From Auanema rhodensis (Eukaryota; Animalia; Nematoda): a DNA stretch of 64,000 nucleotides. This document shows positions 41,692-56,600 of this stretch, piece after piece. The stretch lies in the NCBI GenBank assembly GCA_964057225.1, contig OZ059900.1, positions 23,250,001-23,314,000 of the forward strand, written 5' to 3'. Positions within the stretch are counted from its first letter, which is position 1, and the number at the start of each line of letters is the position of its first letter. The notes under the pieces were generated by a model. It saw only the letters and a list, made by a program, of their open reading frames with translations, ran no database searches and was not told the origin of the DNA. The translations under genes and the position numbers were made by a program.

Positions 41692-44600
41692 TCACGACAA
41701 AAAAACAGGGGTTAGAAAATTAAGGAAACTAGCATATTCTGAGGGCACGCCCCTTATGGCTAATATTGATTTAAACGATTTTTGTTCATATGAGTCGTCA
41801 AATGCAACGAATTTCAGCGTGTTACATACTAAAATGAAGCATTTTACATGCTGAACACTAGAAAAATACAAAAACACAGTATTTCTCATGAGAAATATTT
41901 TATTATGCTGGAAAACCAGTTTTTGGAATTTTCGCTGTAAACGAGGTTTTGACTTACGATTTCATGTGTTCAAACTCATGCAATGTCAATGAAACCTAGC
42001 TCAAAATTGTTTGTACAACGTCTAGTTCCACTTTCACGACAAAAAAACAGGGGTTAGAAAATTAAGGAAATTAGCATATTCTGAGGGCACGCCCCTTATG
42101 GCTAATATTGATTAAATCGATTTTTGTTCATATGAGTAGTCAAATGCAACGAATTTCAGCGTGTTACATACTAAAATGAAGCATTTCACATGCTGAACAC
42201 TAAAAAAATACAAAAACACAGTATTTCCCATGAGAAATATTTTATTATGCTGGAAAACCAGTTTTTGGAAATTTCGCTGTAAACAAGGTTTGACTTACGA
42301 TTTCATGTGTTCAAACTCATGCAATGTCAATGAAACCTAGCTCAAAATTGTTCGTACAACGTCTAGTTCCACTTTCACGACAAAAAAACAGGGGTTAGAA
42401 AATTTAGGAAATTAGCATATTCTGAGGGCACGCCCCTTATGGCTAATATTGATTAAATCGATTTTTGTTCATATGAGTCGTCAAATGCAACGAATTTCAG
42501 CGTGTTACATACTAAAATGAAGCATTTTACATGCTGAACATTAGAAAAATACAAAAACACAGTTTTTCCCATGAGAAATATTTTATTATGCTGGAAAACC
42601 AGTTTTTGGAAATTTCGCTGTAAACAAGGTTTGACTTACGATTTCATGTGTTCAAACTCATGCAATGTCAATGAAACCTAGCTCAAAATTGTTCGTACAA
42701 CGTCTAGTTCCACTTTCACGACAAAAAAACAGGGGTTAGAAAATTTAGGAAATTAGCATATTCTGAGGGCACGCCCCTTATGGCTAATATTGATTAAATC
42801 GATTTTTGTTCATATGAGTCGTCAAATGCAACGAATTTCAGCGTGTTACATACTGAAATGAAGTATTTTACATGCTGAACACTAGAAAAATACAAAAACA
42901 CAGTATTTCCCATGAGAAATATTTTATTATGCTGGAAAACCAGTTTTTGGAAATTTCGCTGTAAACAAGGTTTTGACTTACGATTTCATGTGTTCAAACT
43001 CATGCAATGTCAATGAAACCTAGCTCAAAATTGTTTGTACAACGTCTAGTTCCACTTTCACGACAAAAAAACAGGGGTTAGAAAATTAAGGAAATTAGCA
43101 TATTCTGAGGGCACGCCCCTTATGGCTAATATTGATTTAAACGATTTTTGTTCATATGAGTAGTCAAATGCAACGAATTTCAGCGTGTTACATACTAAAA
43201 TGAAGCATTTCACATGCTGAACACTAGAAAAATACAAAAACACAGTATTTCAAATGAGAAATATTTTATTATGCTGGAAAACCAGTTTTTGGAAATTTCG
43301 CTGTAAACAAGGTTTGACTTACGATTTCATGTGTTCAAACTCATGCAATGTCAATGAAACCTAGCTCAAAATTGTTCGTACAACGTCTAGTTCCACTTTC
43401 ACGACAAAAAAACAGGGGTTAGAAAATTTAGGAAATTAGCATATTCTGAGGGCACGCCCCTTCTGGCTAATATTGATTAAATCGATTTTTGTTCATATGA
43501 GTCGTCAAATGCAACGAATTTCAGCGTGTTACATACTAAAATGAAGCATTTTACATGCTGAACATTAGAAAAATACAAAAACACAGTTTTTCCCATGAGA
43601 AATATTTTATTATGCTGGAAAACCAGTTTTTGGAAATTTCGCTGTAAACAAGGTTTGACTTACGATTTCATGTGTTCAAACTCATGCAATGTCAATGAAA
43701 CCTAGCTCAAAATTGTTCGTACAACGTCTAGTTCCACTTTCACGACAAAAAAACAGGGGTTAGAAAATTTAGGAAATTAGCATATTCTGAGGGCACGCCC
43801 CTTATGGCTAATATTGATTAAATCGATTTTTGTTCATATGAGTCGTCAAATGCAACGAATTTCAGCGTGTTACATACTAAAATGAAGCATTTTACATGCT
43901 GAACATTAGAAAAATACAAAAACACAGTTTTTCCCATGAGAAATATTTTATTATGCTGGAAAACCAGTTTTTGGAAATTTCGCTGTAAACAAGGTTTGAC
44001 TTACGATTTCATGTGTTCAAACTCATGCAATGTCAATGAAACCTAGCTCAAAATTGTTCGTACAACGTCTAGTTCCACTTTCACGACAAAAAAACAGGGG
44101 TTAGAAAATTTAGGAAATTAGCATATTCTGAGGGCACGCCCCTTATGGCTAATATTGATTAAATCGATTTTTGTTCATATGAGTCGTCAAATGCAACGAA
44201 TTTCAGCGTGTTACATACTGAAATGAAGTATTTTACATGCTGAACACTAGAAAAATACAAAAACACAGTATTTCCCATGAGAAATATTTTATTATGCTGG
44301 AAAACCAGTTTTTGGAAATTTCGCTGTAAACAAGGTTTTGACTTACGATTTCATGTGTTCAAACTCATGCAATGTCAATGAAACCTAGCTCAAAATTGTT
44401 TGTACAACGTCTAGTTCCACTTTCACGACAAAAAAACAGGGGTTAGAAAATTAAGGAAATTAGCATATTCTGAGGGCACGCCCCTTATGGCTAATATTGA
44501 TTTAAACGATTTTTGTTCATATGAGTAGTCAAATGCAACGAATTTCAGCGTGTTACATACTAAAATGAAGCATTTCACATGCTGAACACTAGAAAAATAC

Positions 44601-47600
44601 AAAAACACAGTATTTCAAATGAGAAATATTTTATTATGCTGGAAAACCAGTTTTTGGAAATTTCGCTGTAAACAAGGTTTGACTTACGATTTCATGTGTT
44701 CAAACTCATGCAATGTCAATGAAACCTAGCTCAAAATTGTTCGTACAACGTCTAGTTCCACTTTCACGACAAAAAAACAGGGGTTAGAAAATTTAGGAAA
44801 TTAGCATATTCTGAGGGCACGCCCCTTCTGGCTAATATTGATTAAATCGATTTTTGTTCATATGAGTCGTCAAATGCAACGAATTTCAGCGTGTTACATA
44901 CTAAAATGAAGCATTTTACATGCTGAACATTAGAAAAATACAAAAACACAGTTTTTCCCATGAGAAATATTTTATTATGCTGGAAAACCAGTTTTTGGAA
45001 ATTTCGCTGTAAACAAGGTTTGACTTACGATTTCATGTGTTCAAACTCATGCAATGTCAATGAAACCTAGCTCAAAATTGTTCGTACAACGTCTAGTTCC
45101 ACTTTCACGACAAAAAAACAGGGGTTAGAAAATTTAGGAAATTAGCATATTCTGAGGGCACGCCCCTTATGGCTAATATTGATTAAATCGATTTTTGTTC
45201 ATATGAGTCGTCAAATGCAACGAATTTCAGCGTGTTACATACTAAAATGAAGTATTTTACATGCTGAACACTAGAAAAATACAAAAACACAGTATTTCTC
45301 ATGAGAAATATTTTATTATGCTGGAAAACCAGTTTTTGGACATTTCGCTGTAAACAAGGTTTTGACTTACGATTTCATGTGTTCAAACTCATGCAATGTC
45401 AATGAAACCTAGCTCAAAATTGTTCCTACAACGTCTAGTTCCACTTTCACGACAAAAAACAGGGGTTAGAAAATTAAGGAAATTAGCATATTCTGAGGGC
45501 ACGCCCCTTATGGCTAATATTGATTAAATCGATTTTTGTTCATATGAGTCGTCAAATGCAACGAATTTCAGCGTGTTACATACTAAAATGAAGCATTTTA
45601 CATGCTGAACATTAGAAAAATACAAAAACACAGTTTTTCCCATGAGAAATATTTTATTATGCTGGAAAAACAGTTTTTGGAAATTTCGCTGTAAACAAGG
45701 TTTTGACTTACGATTTCATGTGTTCAAACTCATGCAATGTCAATGAAACCTAGCTCAAAATTGTTCGTACAACGTCTAGTTCCACTTTCACGACAAAAAA
45801 ACAGGGGTTAGAAAATTAAGGAAATTAGCATATTCTGAGGGCACGCCCCTTATGGCTAATATTGATTTAAACGATTTTTGTTCATATGAGTAGTCAAATG
45901 CAACGAATTTCAGCGTGTTACATACTAAAATGAAGCATTTCACATGCTGAACACTAGAAAAATACAAAAACACAGTATTTCCCATGAGAAATATTTTATT
46001 ATGCTGGAAAACCAGTTTTTGGAAATTTCGCTGTAAACAAGGTTTGACTTACGATTTCATGTGTTCAAACTCATGCAATGTCAATGAAACCTAGCTCAAA
46101 ATTGTTCGTACAACGTCTAGTTCCACTTTCACGACAAAAAAACAGGGGTTAGAAAATTTAGGAAATTAGCATATTCTGAGGGCACGCCCCTTATGGCTAA
46201 TATTGATTAAATCGATTTTTGTTCATATGAGTCGTCAAATGCAACGAATTTCAGCGTGTTACATACTAAAATGAAGCATTTTACATGCTGAACATTAGAA
46301 AAATACAAAAACACAGTTTTTCCCATGAGAAATATTTTATTATGCTGGAAAACCAGTTTTTGGAAATTTCGCTGTAAACAAGGTTTTCACTTACGATTTC
46401 ATGTGTTCAAACTCATGCAATGTCAATGAAACCTAGCTCAAAATTGTTTGTACAACGTCTAGTTCCACTTTCACGACAAAAAAACAGGGGTTAGAAAATT
46501 AAGGAAATTAGCATATTCTGAGGGCACGCCCCTTATGGCTAATATTGATTTAAACGATTTTTGTTCATATGAGTCGTCAAATGCAACGAATTTCAGCGTG
46601 TTACATACTAAAATGAAGCATTTTACATGCTGAACACTAGAAAAATACAAAAACACAGTATTTCTCATGAGAAATATTTTATTATGCTGGAAAACCAGTT
46701 TTTGGAATTTTCGCTGTAAACGAGGTTTTGACTTACGATTTCATGTGTTCAAACTCATGCAATGTCAATGAAACCTAGCTCAAAATTGTTTGTACAACGT
46801 CTAGTTCCACTTTCACGACAAAAAAACAGGGGTTAGAAAATTAAGGAAATTAGCATATTCTGAGGGCACGCCCCTTATGGCTAATATTGATTAAATCGAT
46901 TTTTGTTCATATGAGTAGTCAAATGCAACGAATTTCAGCGTGTTACATACTAAAATGAAGCATTTCACATGCTGAACACTAAAAAAATACAAAAACACAG
47001 TATTTCCCATGAGAAATATTTTATTATGCTGGAAAACCAGTTTTTGGAAATTTCGCTGTAAACAAGGTTTGACTTACGATTTCATGTGTTCAAACTCATG
47101 CAATGTCAATGAAACCTAGCTCAAAATTGTTCGTACAACGTCTAGTTCCACTTTCACGACAAAAAAACAGGGGTTAGAAAATTTAGGAAATTAGCATATT
47201 CTGAGGGCACGCCCCTTATGGCTAATATTGATTAAATCGATTTTTGTTCATATGAGTCGTCAAATGCAACGAATTTCAGCGTGTTACATACTGAAATGAA
47301 GTATTTTACATGCTGAACACTAGAAAAATACAAAAACACAGTATTTCCCATGAGAAATATTTTATTATGCTGGAAAACCAGTTTTTGGAAATTTCGCTGT
47401 AAACAAGGTTTTGACTTACGATTTCATGTGTTCAAACTCATGCAATGTCAATGAAACCTAGCTCAAAATTGTTTGTACAACGTCTAGTTCCACTTTCACG
47501 ACAAAAAAACAGGGGTTAGAAAATTAAGGAAATTAGCATATTCTGAGGGCACGCCCCTTATGGCTAATATTGATTTAAACGATTTTTGTTCATATGAGTA

Positions 47601-50600
47601 GTCAAATGCAACGAATTTCAGCGTGTTACATACTAAAATGAAGCATTTCACATGCTGAACACTAGAAAAATACAAAAACACAGTATTTCAAATGAGAAAT
47701 ATTTTATTATGCTGGAAAACCAGTTTTTGGAAATTTCGCTGTAAACAAGGTTTGACTTACGATTTCATGTGTTCAAACTCATGCAATGTCAATGAAACCT
47801 AGCTCAAAATTGTTCGTACAACGTCTAGTTCCACTTTCACGACAAAAAAACAGGGGTTAGAAAATTTAGGAAATTAGCATATTCTGAGGGCACGCCCCTT
47901 CTGGCTAATATTGATTAAATCGATTTTTGTTCATATGAGTCGTCAAATGCAACGAATTTCAGCGTGTTACATACTAAAATGAAGCATTTTACATGCTGAA
48001 CATTAGAAAAATACAAAAACACAGTTTTTCCCATGAGAAATATTTTATTATGCTGGAAAACCAGTTTTTGGAAATTTCGCTGTAAACAAGGTTTGACTTA
48101 CGATTTCATGTGTTCAAACTCATGCAATGTCAATGAAACCTAGCTCAAAATTGTTCGTACAACGTCTAGTTCCACTTTCACGACAAAAAAACAGGGGTTA
48201 GAAAATTTAGGAAATTAGCATATTCTGAGGGCACGCCCCTTATGGCTAATATTGATTAAATCGATTTTTGTTCATATGAGTCGTCAAATGCAACGAATTT
48301 CAGCGTGTTACATACTAAAATGAAGTATTTTACATGCTGAACACTAGAAAAATACAAAAACACAGTATTTCTCATGAGAAATATTTTATTATGCTGGAAA
48401 ACCAGTTTTTGGACATTTCGCTGTAAACAAGGTTTTGACTTACGATTTCATGTGTTCAAACTCATGCAATGTCAATGAAACCTAGCTCAAAATTGTTCCT
48501 ACAACGTCTAGTTCCACTTTCACGACAAAAAACAGGGGTTAGAAAATTAAGGAAATTAGCATATTCTGAGGGCACGCCCCTTATGGCTAATATTGATTAA
48601 ATCGATTTTTGTTCATATGAGTCGTCAAATGCAACGAATTTCAGCGTGTTACATACTAAAATGAAGCATTTTACATGCTGAACATTAGAAAAATACAAAA
48701 ACACAGTTTTTCCCATGAGAAATATTTTATTATGCTGGAAAACCAGTTTTTGGAAATTTCGCTGTAAACAAGGTTTTGACTTACGATTTCATGTGTTCAA
48801 ACTCATGCAATGTCAATGAAACCTAGCTCAAAATTGTTCGTACAACGTCTAGTTCCACTTTCACGACAAAAAAACAGGGGTTAGAAAATTAAGGAAATTA
48901 GCATATTCTGAGGGCACGCCCCTTATGGCTAATATTGATTTAAACGATTTTTGTTCATATGAGTAGTCAAATGCAACGAATTTCAGCGTGTTACATACTA
49001 AAATGAAGCATTTCACATGCTGAACACTAGAAAAATACAAAAACACAGTATTTCCCATGAGAAATATTTTATTATGCTGGAAAACCAGTTTTTGGAAATT
49101 TCGCTGTAAACAAGGTTTGACTTACGATTTCATGTGTTCAAACTCATGCAATGTCAATGAAACCTAGCTCAAAATTGTTCGTACAACGTCTAGTTCCACT
49201 TTCACGACAAAAAAACAGGGGTTAGAAAATTTAGGAAATTAGCATATTCTGAGGGCACGCCCCTTATGGCTAATATTGATTAAATCGATTTTTGTTCATA
49301 TGAGTCGTCAAATGCAACGAATTTCAGCGTGTTACATACTAAAATGAAGCATTTTACATGCTGAACATTAGAAAAATACAAAAACACAGTTTTTCCCATG
49401 AGAAATATTTTATTATGCTGGAAAACCAGTTTTTGGAAATTTCGCTGTAAACAAGGTTTTCACTTACGATTTCATGTGTTCAAACTCATGCAATGTCAAT
49501 GAAACCTAGCTCAAAATTGTTTGTACAACGTCTAGTTCCACTTTCACGACAAAAAAACAGGGGTTAGAAAATTAAGGAAATTAGCATATTCTGAGGGCAC
49601 GCCCCTTATGGCTAATATTGATTTAAACGATTTTTGTTCATATGAGTCGTCAAATGCAACGAATTTCAGCGTGTTACATACTAAAATGAAGCATTTTACA
49701 TGCTGAACACTAGAAAAATACAAAAACACAGTATTTCTCATGAGAAATATTTTATTATGCTGGAAAACCAGTTTTTGGAATTTTCGCTGTAAACGAGGTT
49801 TTGACTTACGATTTCATGTGTTCAAACTCATGCAATGTCAATGAAACCTAGCTCAAAATTGTTTGTACAACGTCTAGTTCCACTTTCACGACAAAAAAAC
49901 AGGGGTTAGAAAATTAAGGAAATTAGCATATTCTGAGGGCACGCCCCTTATGGCTAATATTGATTAAATCGATTTTTGTTCATATGAGTAGTCAAATGCA
50001 ACGAATTTCAGCGTGTTACATACTAAAATGAAGCATTTCACATGCTGAACACTAAAAAAATACAAAAACACAGTATTTCCCATGAGAAATATTTTATTAT
50101 GCTGGAAAACCAGTTTTTGGAAATTTCGCTGTAAACAAGGTTTGACTTACGATTTCATGTGTTCAAACTCATGCAATGTCAATGAAACCTAGCTCAAAAT
50201 TGTTCGTACAACGTCTAGTTCCACTTTCACGACAAAAAAACAGGGGTTAGAAAATTTAGGAAATTAGCATATTCTGAGGGCACGCCCCTTATGGCTAATA
50301 TTGATTAAATCGATTTTTGTTCATATGAGTCGTCAAATGCAACGAATTTCAGCGTGTTACATACTAAAATGAAGCATTTTACATGCTGAACATTAGAAAA
50401 ATACAAAAACACAGTTTTTCCCATGAGAAATATTTTATTATGCTGGAAAACCAGTTTTTGGAAATTTCGCTGTAAACAAGGTTTGACTTACGATTTCATG
50501 TGTTCAAACTCATGCAATGTCAATGAAACCTAGCTCAAAATTGTTCGTACAACGTCTAGTTCCACTTTCACGACAACAAAACAGGGGTTAGAAAATTTAG

Positions 50601-53600
50601 GAAATTAGCATATTCTGAGGGCACGCCCCTTATGGCTAATATTGATTAAATCGATTTTTGTTCATATGAGTCGTCAAATGCAACGAATTTCAGCGTGTTA
50701 CATACTGAAATGAAGTATTTTACATGCTGAACACTAGAAAAATACAAAAACACAGTATTTCCCATGAGAAATATTTTATTATGCTGGAAAACCAGTTTTT
50801 GGAAATTTCGCTGTAAACAAGGTTTTGACTTACGATTTCATGTGTTCAAACTCATGCAATGTCAATGAAACCTAGCTCAAAATTGTTTGTACAACGTCTA
50901 GTTCCACTTTCACGACAAAAAAACAGGGGTTAGAAAATTAAGGAAATTAGCATATTCTGAGGGCACGCCCCTTATGGCTAATATTGATTTAAACGATTTT
51001 TGTTCATATGAGTAGTCAAATGCAACGAATTTCAGCGTGTTACATACTAAAATGAAGCATTTCACATGCTGAACACTAGAAAAATACAAAAACACAGTAT
51101 TTCCCATGAGAAATATTTTATTATGCTGGAAAACCAGTTTTTGGAAATTTCGCTGTAAACAAGGTTTGACTTACGATTTCATGTGTTCAAACTCATGCAA
51201 TGTCAATGAAACCTAGCTCAAAATTGTTCGTACAACGTCTAGTTCCACTTTCACGACAAAAAAACAGGGGTTAGAAAATTTAGGAAATTAGCATATTCTG
51301 AGGGCACGCCCCTTATGGCTAATATTGATTAAATCGATTTTTGTTCATATGAGTCGTCAAATGCAACGAATTTCAGCGTGTTACATACTAAAATGAAGCA
51401 TTTTACATGCTGAACATTAGAAAAATACAAAAACACAGTTTTTCCCATGAGAAATATTTTATTATGCTGGAAAACCAGTTTTTGGAAATTTCGCTGTAAA
51501 CAAGGTTTGACTTACGATTTCATGTGTTCAAACTCATGCAATGTCAATGAAACCTAGCTCAAAATTGTTCGTACAACGTCTAGTTCCACTTTCACGACAA
51601 AAAAACAGGGGTTAGAAAATTTAGGAAATTAGCATATTCTGAGGGCACGCCCCTTATGGCTAATATTGATTAAATCGATTTTTGTTCATATGAGTCGTCA
51701 AATGCAACGAATTTCAGCGTGTTACATACTAAAATGAAGTATTTTACATGCTGAACACTAGAAAAATACAAAAACACAGTATTTCCCATGAGAAATATTT
51801 TATTATGCTGGAAAACCAGTTTTTGGACATTTCGCTGTAAACAAGGTTTTGACTTACGATTTCATGTGTTCAAACTCATGCAATGTCAATGAAACCTAGC
51901 TCAAAATTGTTCCTACAACGTCTAGTTCCACTTTCACGACAAAAAACAGGGGTTAGAAAATTAAGGAAATTAGCATATTCTGAGGGCACGCCCCTTATGG
52001 CTAATATTGATTAAATCGATTTTTGTTCATATGAGTCGTCAAATGCAACGAATTTCAGCGTGTTACATACTAAAATGAAGCATTTTACATGCTGAACATT
52101 AGAAAAATACAAAAACACAGTTTTTCCCATGAGAAATATTTTATTATGCTGGAAAACCAGTTTTTGGAAATTTCGCTGTAAACAAGGTTTTGACTTACGA
52201 TTTCATGTGTTCAAACTCATGCAATGTCAATGAAACCTAGCTCAAAATTGTTCGTACAACGTCTAGTTCCACTTTCACGACAAAAAAACAGGGGTTAGAA
52301 AATTAAGGAAATTAGCATATTCTGAGGGCACGCCCCTTATGGCTAATATTGATTTAAACGATTTTTGTTCATATGAGTAGTCAAATGCAACGAATTTCAG
52401 CGTGTTACATACTAAAATGAAGCATTTCACATGCTGAACACTAGAAAAATACAAAAACACAGTATTTCCCATGAGAAATATTTTATTATGCTGGAAAACC
52501 AGTTTTTGGAAATTTCGCTGTAAACAAGGTTTGACTTACGATTTCATGTGTTCAAACTCATGCAATGTCAATGAAACCTAGCTCAAAATTGTTCGTACAA
52601 CGTCTAGTTCCACTTTCACGACAAAAAAACAGGGGTTAGAAAATTTAGGAAATTAGCATATTCTGAGGGCACGCCCCTTATGGCTAATATTGATTAAATC
52701 GATTTTTGTTCATATGAGTCGTCAAATGCAACGAATTTCAGCGTGTTACATACTAAAATGAAGCATTTTACATGCTGAACATTAGAAAAATACAAAAACA
52801 CAGTTTTTCCCATGAGAAATATTTTATTATGCTGGAAAACCAGTTTTTGGAAATTTCGCTGTAAACAAGGTTTTGACTTACGATTTCATGTGTTCAAACT
52901 CATGCAATGTCAATGAAACCCAGCTCAAAATTGTTCGTACAACGTCTAGTTCCACTTTCACGACAAAAAAACAGGGGTTAGAAAATTAAGGAAATTAGCA
53001 TATTCTGAGGGCACGCCCCTTATGGCTAATATTGATTAAATCGATTTTTGTTCATATGAGTCGTCAAATGCAACGAATTTCAGCGTGTTACATACTAAAA
53101 TGAAGCATTTTACATGCTGAACACTAGAAAAATACAAAAACACAGTATTTCCCATGAGAAATATTTTATTATGCTGGAAAACCAGTTTTTGGAAATTTCG
53201 CTGTAAACAAGGTTTTGACTTACGATTTCATGTGTTCAAACTCATGCAATGTCAATGAAACCCAGCTCAAAATTGTTCGTACAACGTCTAGTTCCACTTT
53301 CACGACAAAAAAACAGGGGTTAGAAAATTAAGGAAATTAGCATATTCTGAGGGCAAGCCCCTTATGGCTAATATTGATTAAATCGATTTTTGTTCATATG
53401 AGTCGTCAAATGCAACGAATTTCAGCGTGTTACATACTAAAATGAAGCATTTTACATGCTGAACACTAGAAAAATACAAAAACACAGTATTTCCCATGAG
53501 AAATATTTTATTATGCTGGAAAACCAGTTTTTGGAAATTTCGCTGTAAACAAGGTTTGACTTACGATTTCATGTGTTCAAACTCATGCAATGTCAATGAA

Positions 53601-56600
53601 ACCTAGCTCAAAATTGTTCGTACAACGTCTAGTTCCACTTTCACGACAAAAAAACAGGGGTTAGAAAATTTAGGAAATTAGCATATTCTGAGGGCACGCC
53701 CCTTATGGCTAATATTGATTAAATCGATTTTTGTTCATATGAGTCGTCAAATGCAACGAATTTCAGCGTGTTACATACTAAAATGAAGTATTTTACATGC
53801 TGAACACTAGAAAAATACAAAAACACAGTATTTCCCATGAGAAATATTTTATTATGCTGGAAAACCAGTTTTTGGACATTTCGCTGTAAACAAGGTTTTG
53901 ACTTACGATTTCATGTGTTCAAACTCATGCAATGTCAATGAAACCTAGCTCAAAATTGTTCCTACAACGTCTAGTTCCACTTTCACGACAAAAAACAGGG
54001 GTTAGAAAATTAAGGAAATTAGCATATTCTGAGGGCACGCCCCTTATGGCTAATATTGATTAAATCGATTTTTGTTCATATGAGTCGTCAAATGCAACGA
54101 ATTTCAGCGTGTTACATACTAAAATGAAGCATTTTACATGCTGAACATTAGAAAAATACAAAAACACAGTTTTTCCCATGAGAAATATTTTATTATGCTG
54201 GAAAACCAGTTTTTGGAAATTTCGCTGTAAACAAGGTTTTGACTTACGATTTCATGTGTTCAAACTCATGCAATGTCAATGAAACCTAGCTCAAAATTGT
54301 TCCTACAACGTCTAGTTCCACTTTCACGACAAAAAACAGGGGTTAGAAAATTAAGGAAATTAGCATATTCTGAGGGCACGCCCCTTATGGCTAATATTGA
54401 TTAAATCGATTTTTGTTCATATGAGTCGTCAAATGCAACGAATTTCAGCGTGTTACATACTAAAATGAAGCATTTTACATGCTGAACATTAGAAAAATAC
54501 AAAAACACAGTTTTTCCCATGAGAAATATTTTATTATGCTGGAAAACCAGTTTTTGGAAATTTCGCTGTAAACAAGGTTTTCACTTACGATTTCATGTGT
54601 TCAAACTCATGCAATGTCAATGAAACCTAGCTCAAAATTGTTTGTACAACGTCTAGTTCCACTTTCACGACAAAAAAACAGGGGTTAGAAAATTAAGGAA
54701 ATTAGCATATTCTGAGGGCACGCCCCTTATGGCTAATATTGATTTAAACGATTTTTGTTCATATGAGTCGTCAAATGCAACGAATTTCAGCGTGTTACAT
54801 ACTAAAATGAAGCATTTTACATGCTGAACACTAGAAAAATACAAAAACACAGTATTTCTCATGAGAAATATTTTATTATGCTGGAAAACCAGTTTTTGGA
54901 ATTTTCGCTGTAAACGAGGTTTTGACTTACGATTTCATGTGTTCAAACTCATGCAATGTCAATGAAACCTAGCTCAAAATTGTTTGTACAACGTCTAGTT
55001 CCACTTTCACGACAAAAAAACAGGGGTTAGAAAATTAAGGAAATTAGCATATTCTGAGGGCACGCCCCTTATGGCTAATATTGATTAAATCGATTTTTGT
55101 TCATATGAGTAGTCAAATGCAACGAATTTCAGCGTGTTACATACTAAAATGAAGCATTTCACATGCTGAACACTAAAAAAATACAAAAACACAGTATTTC
55201 CCATGAGAAATATTTTATTATGCTGGAAAACCAGTTTTTGGAAATTTCGCTGTAAACAAGGTTTGACTTACGATTTCATGTGTTCAAACTCATGCAATGT
55301 CAATGAAACCTAGCTCAAAATTGTTCGTACAACGTCTAGTTCCACTTTCACGACAAAAAAACAGGGGTTAGAAAATTTAGGAAATTAGCATATTCTGAGG
55401 GCACGCCCCTTATGGCTAATATTGATTAAATCGATTTTTGTTCATATGAGTCGTCAAATGCAACGAATTTCAGCGTGTTACATACTAAAATGAAGCATTT
55501 TACATGCTGAACATTAGAAAAATACAAAAACACAGTTTTTCCCATGAGAAATATTTTATTATGCTGGAAAACCAGTTTTTGGAAATTTCGCTGTAAACAA
55601 GGTTTGACTTACGATTTCATGTGTTCAAACTCATGCAATGTCAATGAAACCTAGCTCAAAATTGTTCGTACAACGTCTAGTTCCACTTTCACGACAAAAA
55701 AACAGGGGTTAGAAAATTTAGGAAATTAGCATATTCTGAGGGCACGCCCCTTATGGCTAATATTGATTAAATCGATTTTTGTTCATATGAGTCGTCAAAT
55801 GCAACGAATTTCAGCGTGTTACATACTGAAATGAAGTATTTTACATGCTGAACACTAGAAAAATACAAAAACACAGTATTTCCCATGAGAAATATTTTAT
55901 TATGCTGGAAAACCAGTTTTTGGAAATTTCGCTGTAAACAAGGTTTTGACTTACGATTTCATGTGTTCAAACTCATGCAATGTCAATGAAACCTAGCTCA
56001 AAATTGTTTGTACAACGTCTAGTTCCACTTTCACGACAAAAAAACAGGGGTTAGAAAATTAAGGAAATTAGCATATTCTGAGGGCACGCCCCTTATGGCT
56101 AATATTGATTTAAACGATTTTTGTTCATATGAGTAGTCAAATGCAACGAATTTCAGCGTGTTACATACTAAAATGAAGCATTTCACATGCTGAACACTAG
56201 AAAAATACAAAAACACAGTATTTCCCATGAGAAATATTTTATTATGCTGGAAAACCAGTTTTTGGAAATTTCGCTGTAAACAAGGTTTGACTTACGATTT
56301 CATGTGTTCAAACTCATGCAATGTCAATGAAACCTAGCTCAAAATTGTTCGTACAACGTCTAGTTCCACTTTCACGACAAAAAAACAGGGGTTAGAAAAT
56401 TTAGGAAATTAGCATATTCTGAGGGCACGCCCCTTATGGCTAATATTGATTAAATCGATTTTTGTTCATATGAGTCGTCAAATGCAACGAATTTCAGCGT
56501 GTTACATACTAAAATGAAGCATTTTACATGCTGAACATTAGAAAAATACAAAAACACAGTTTTTCCCATGAGAAATATTTTATTATGCTGGAAAACCAGT

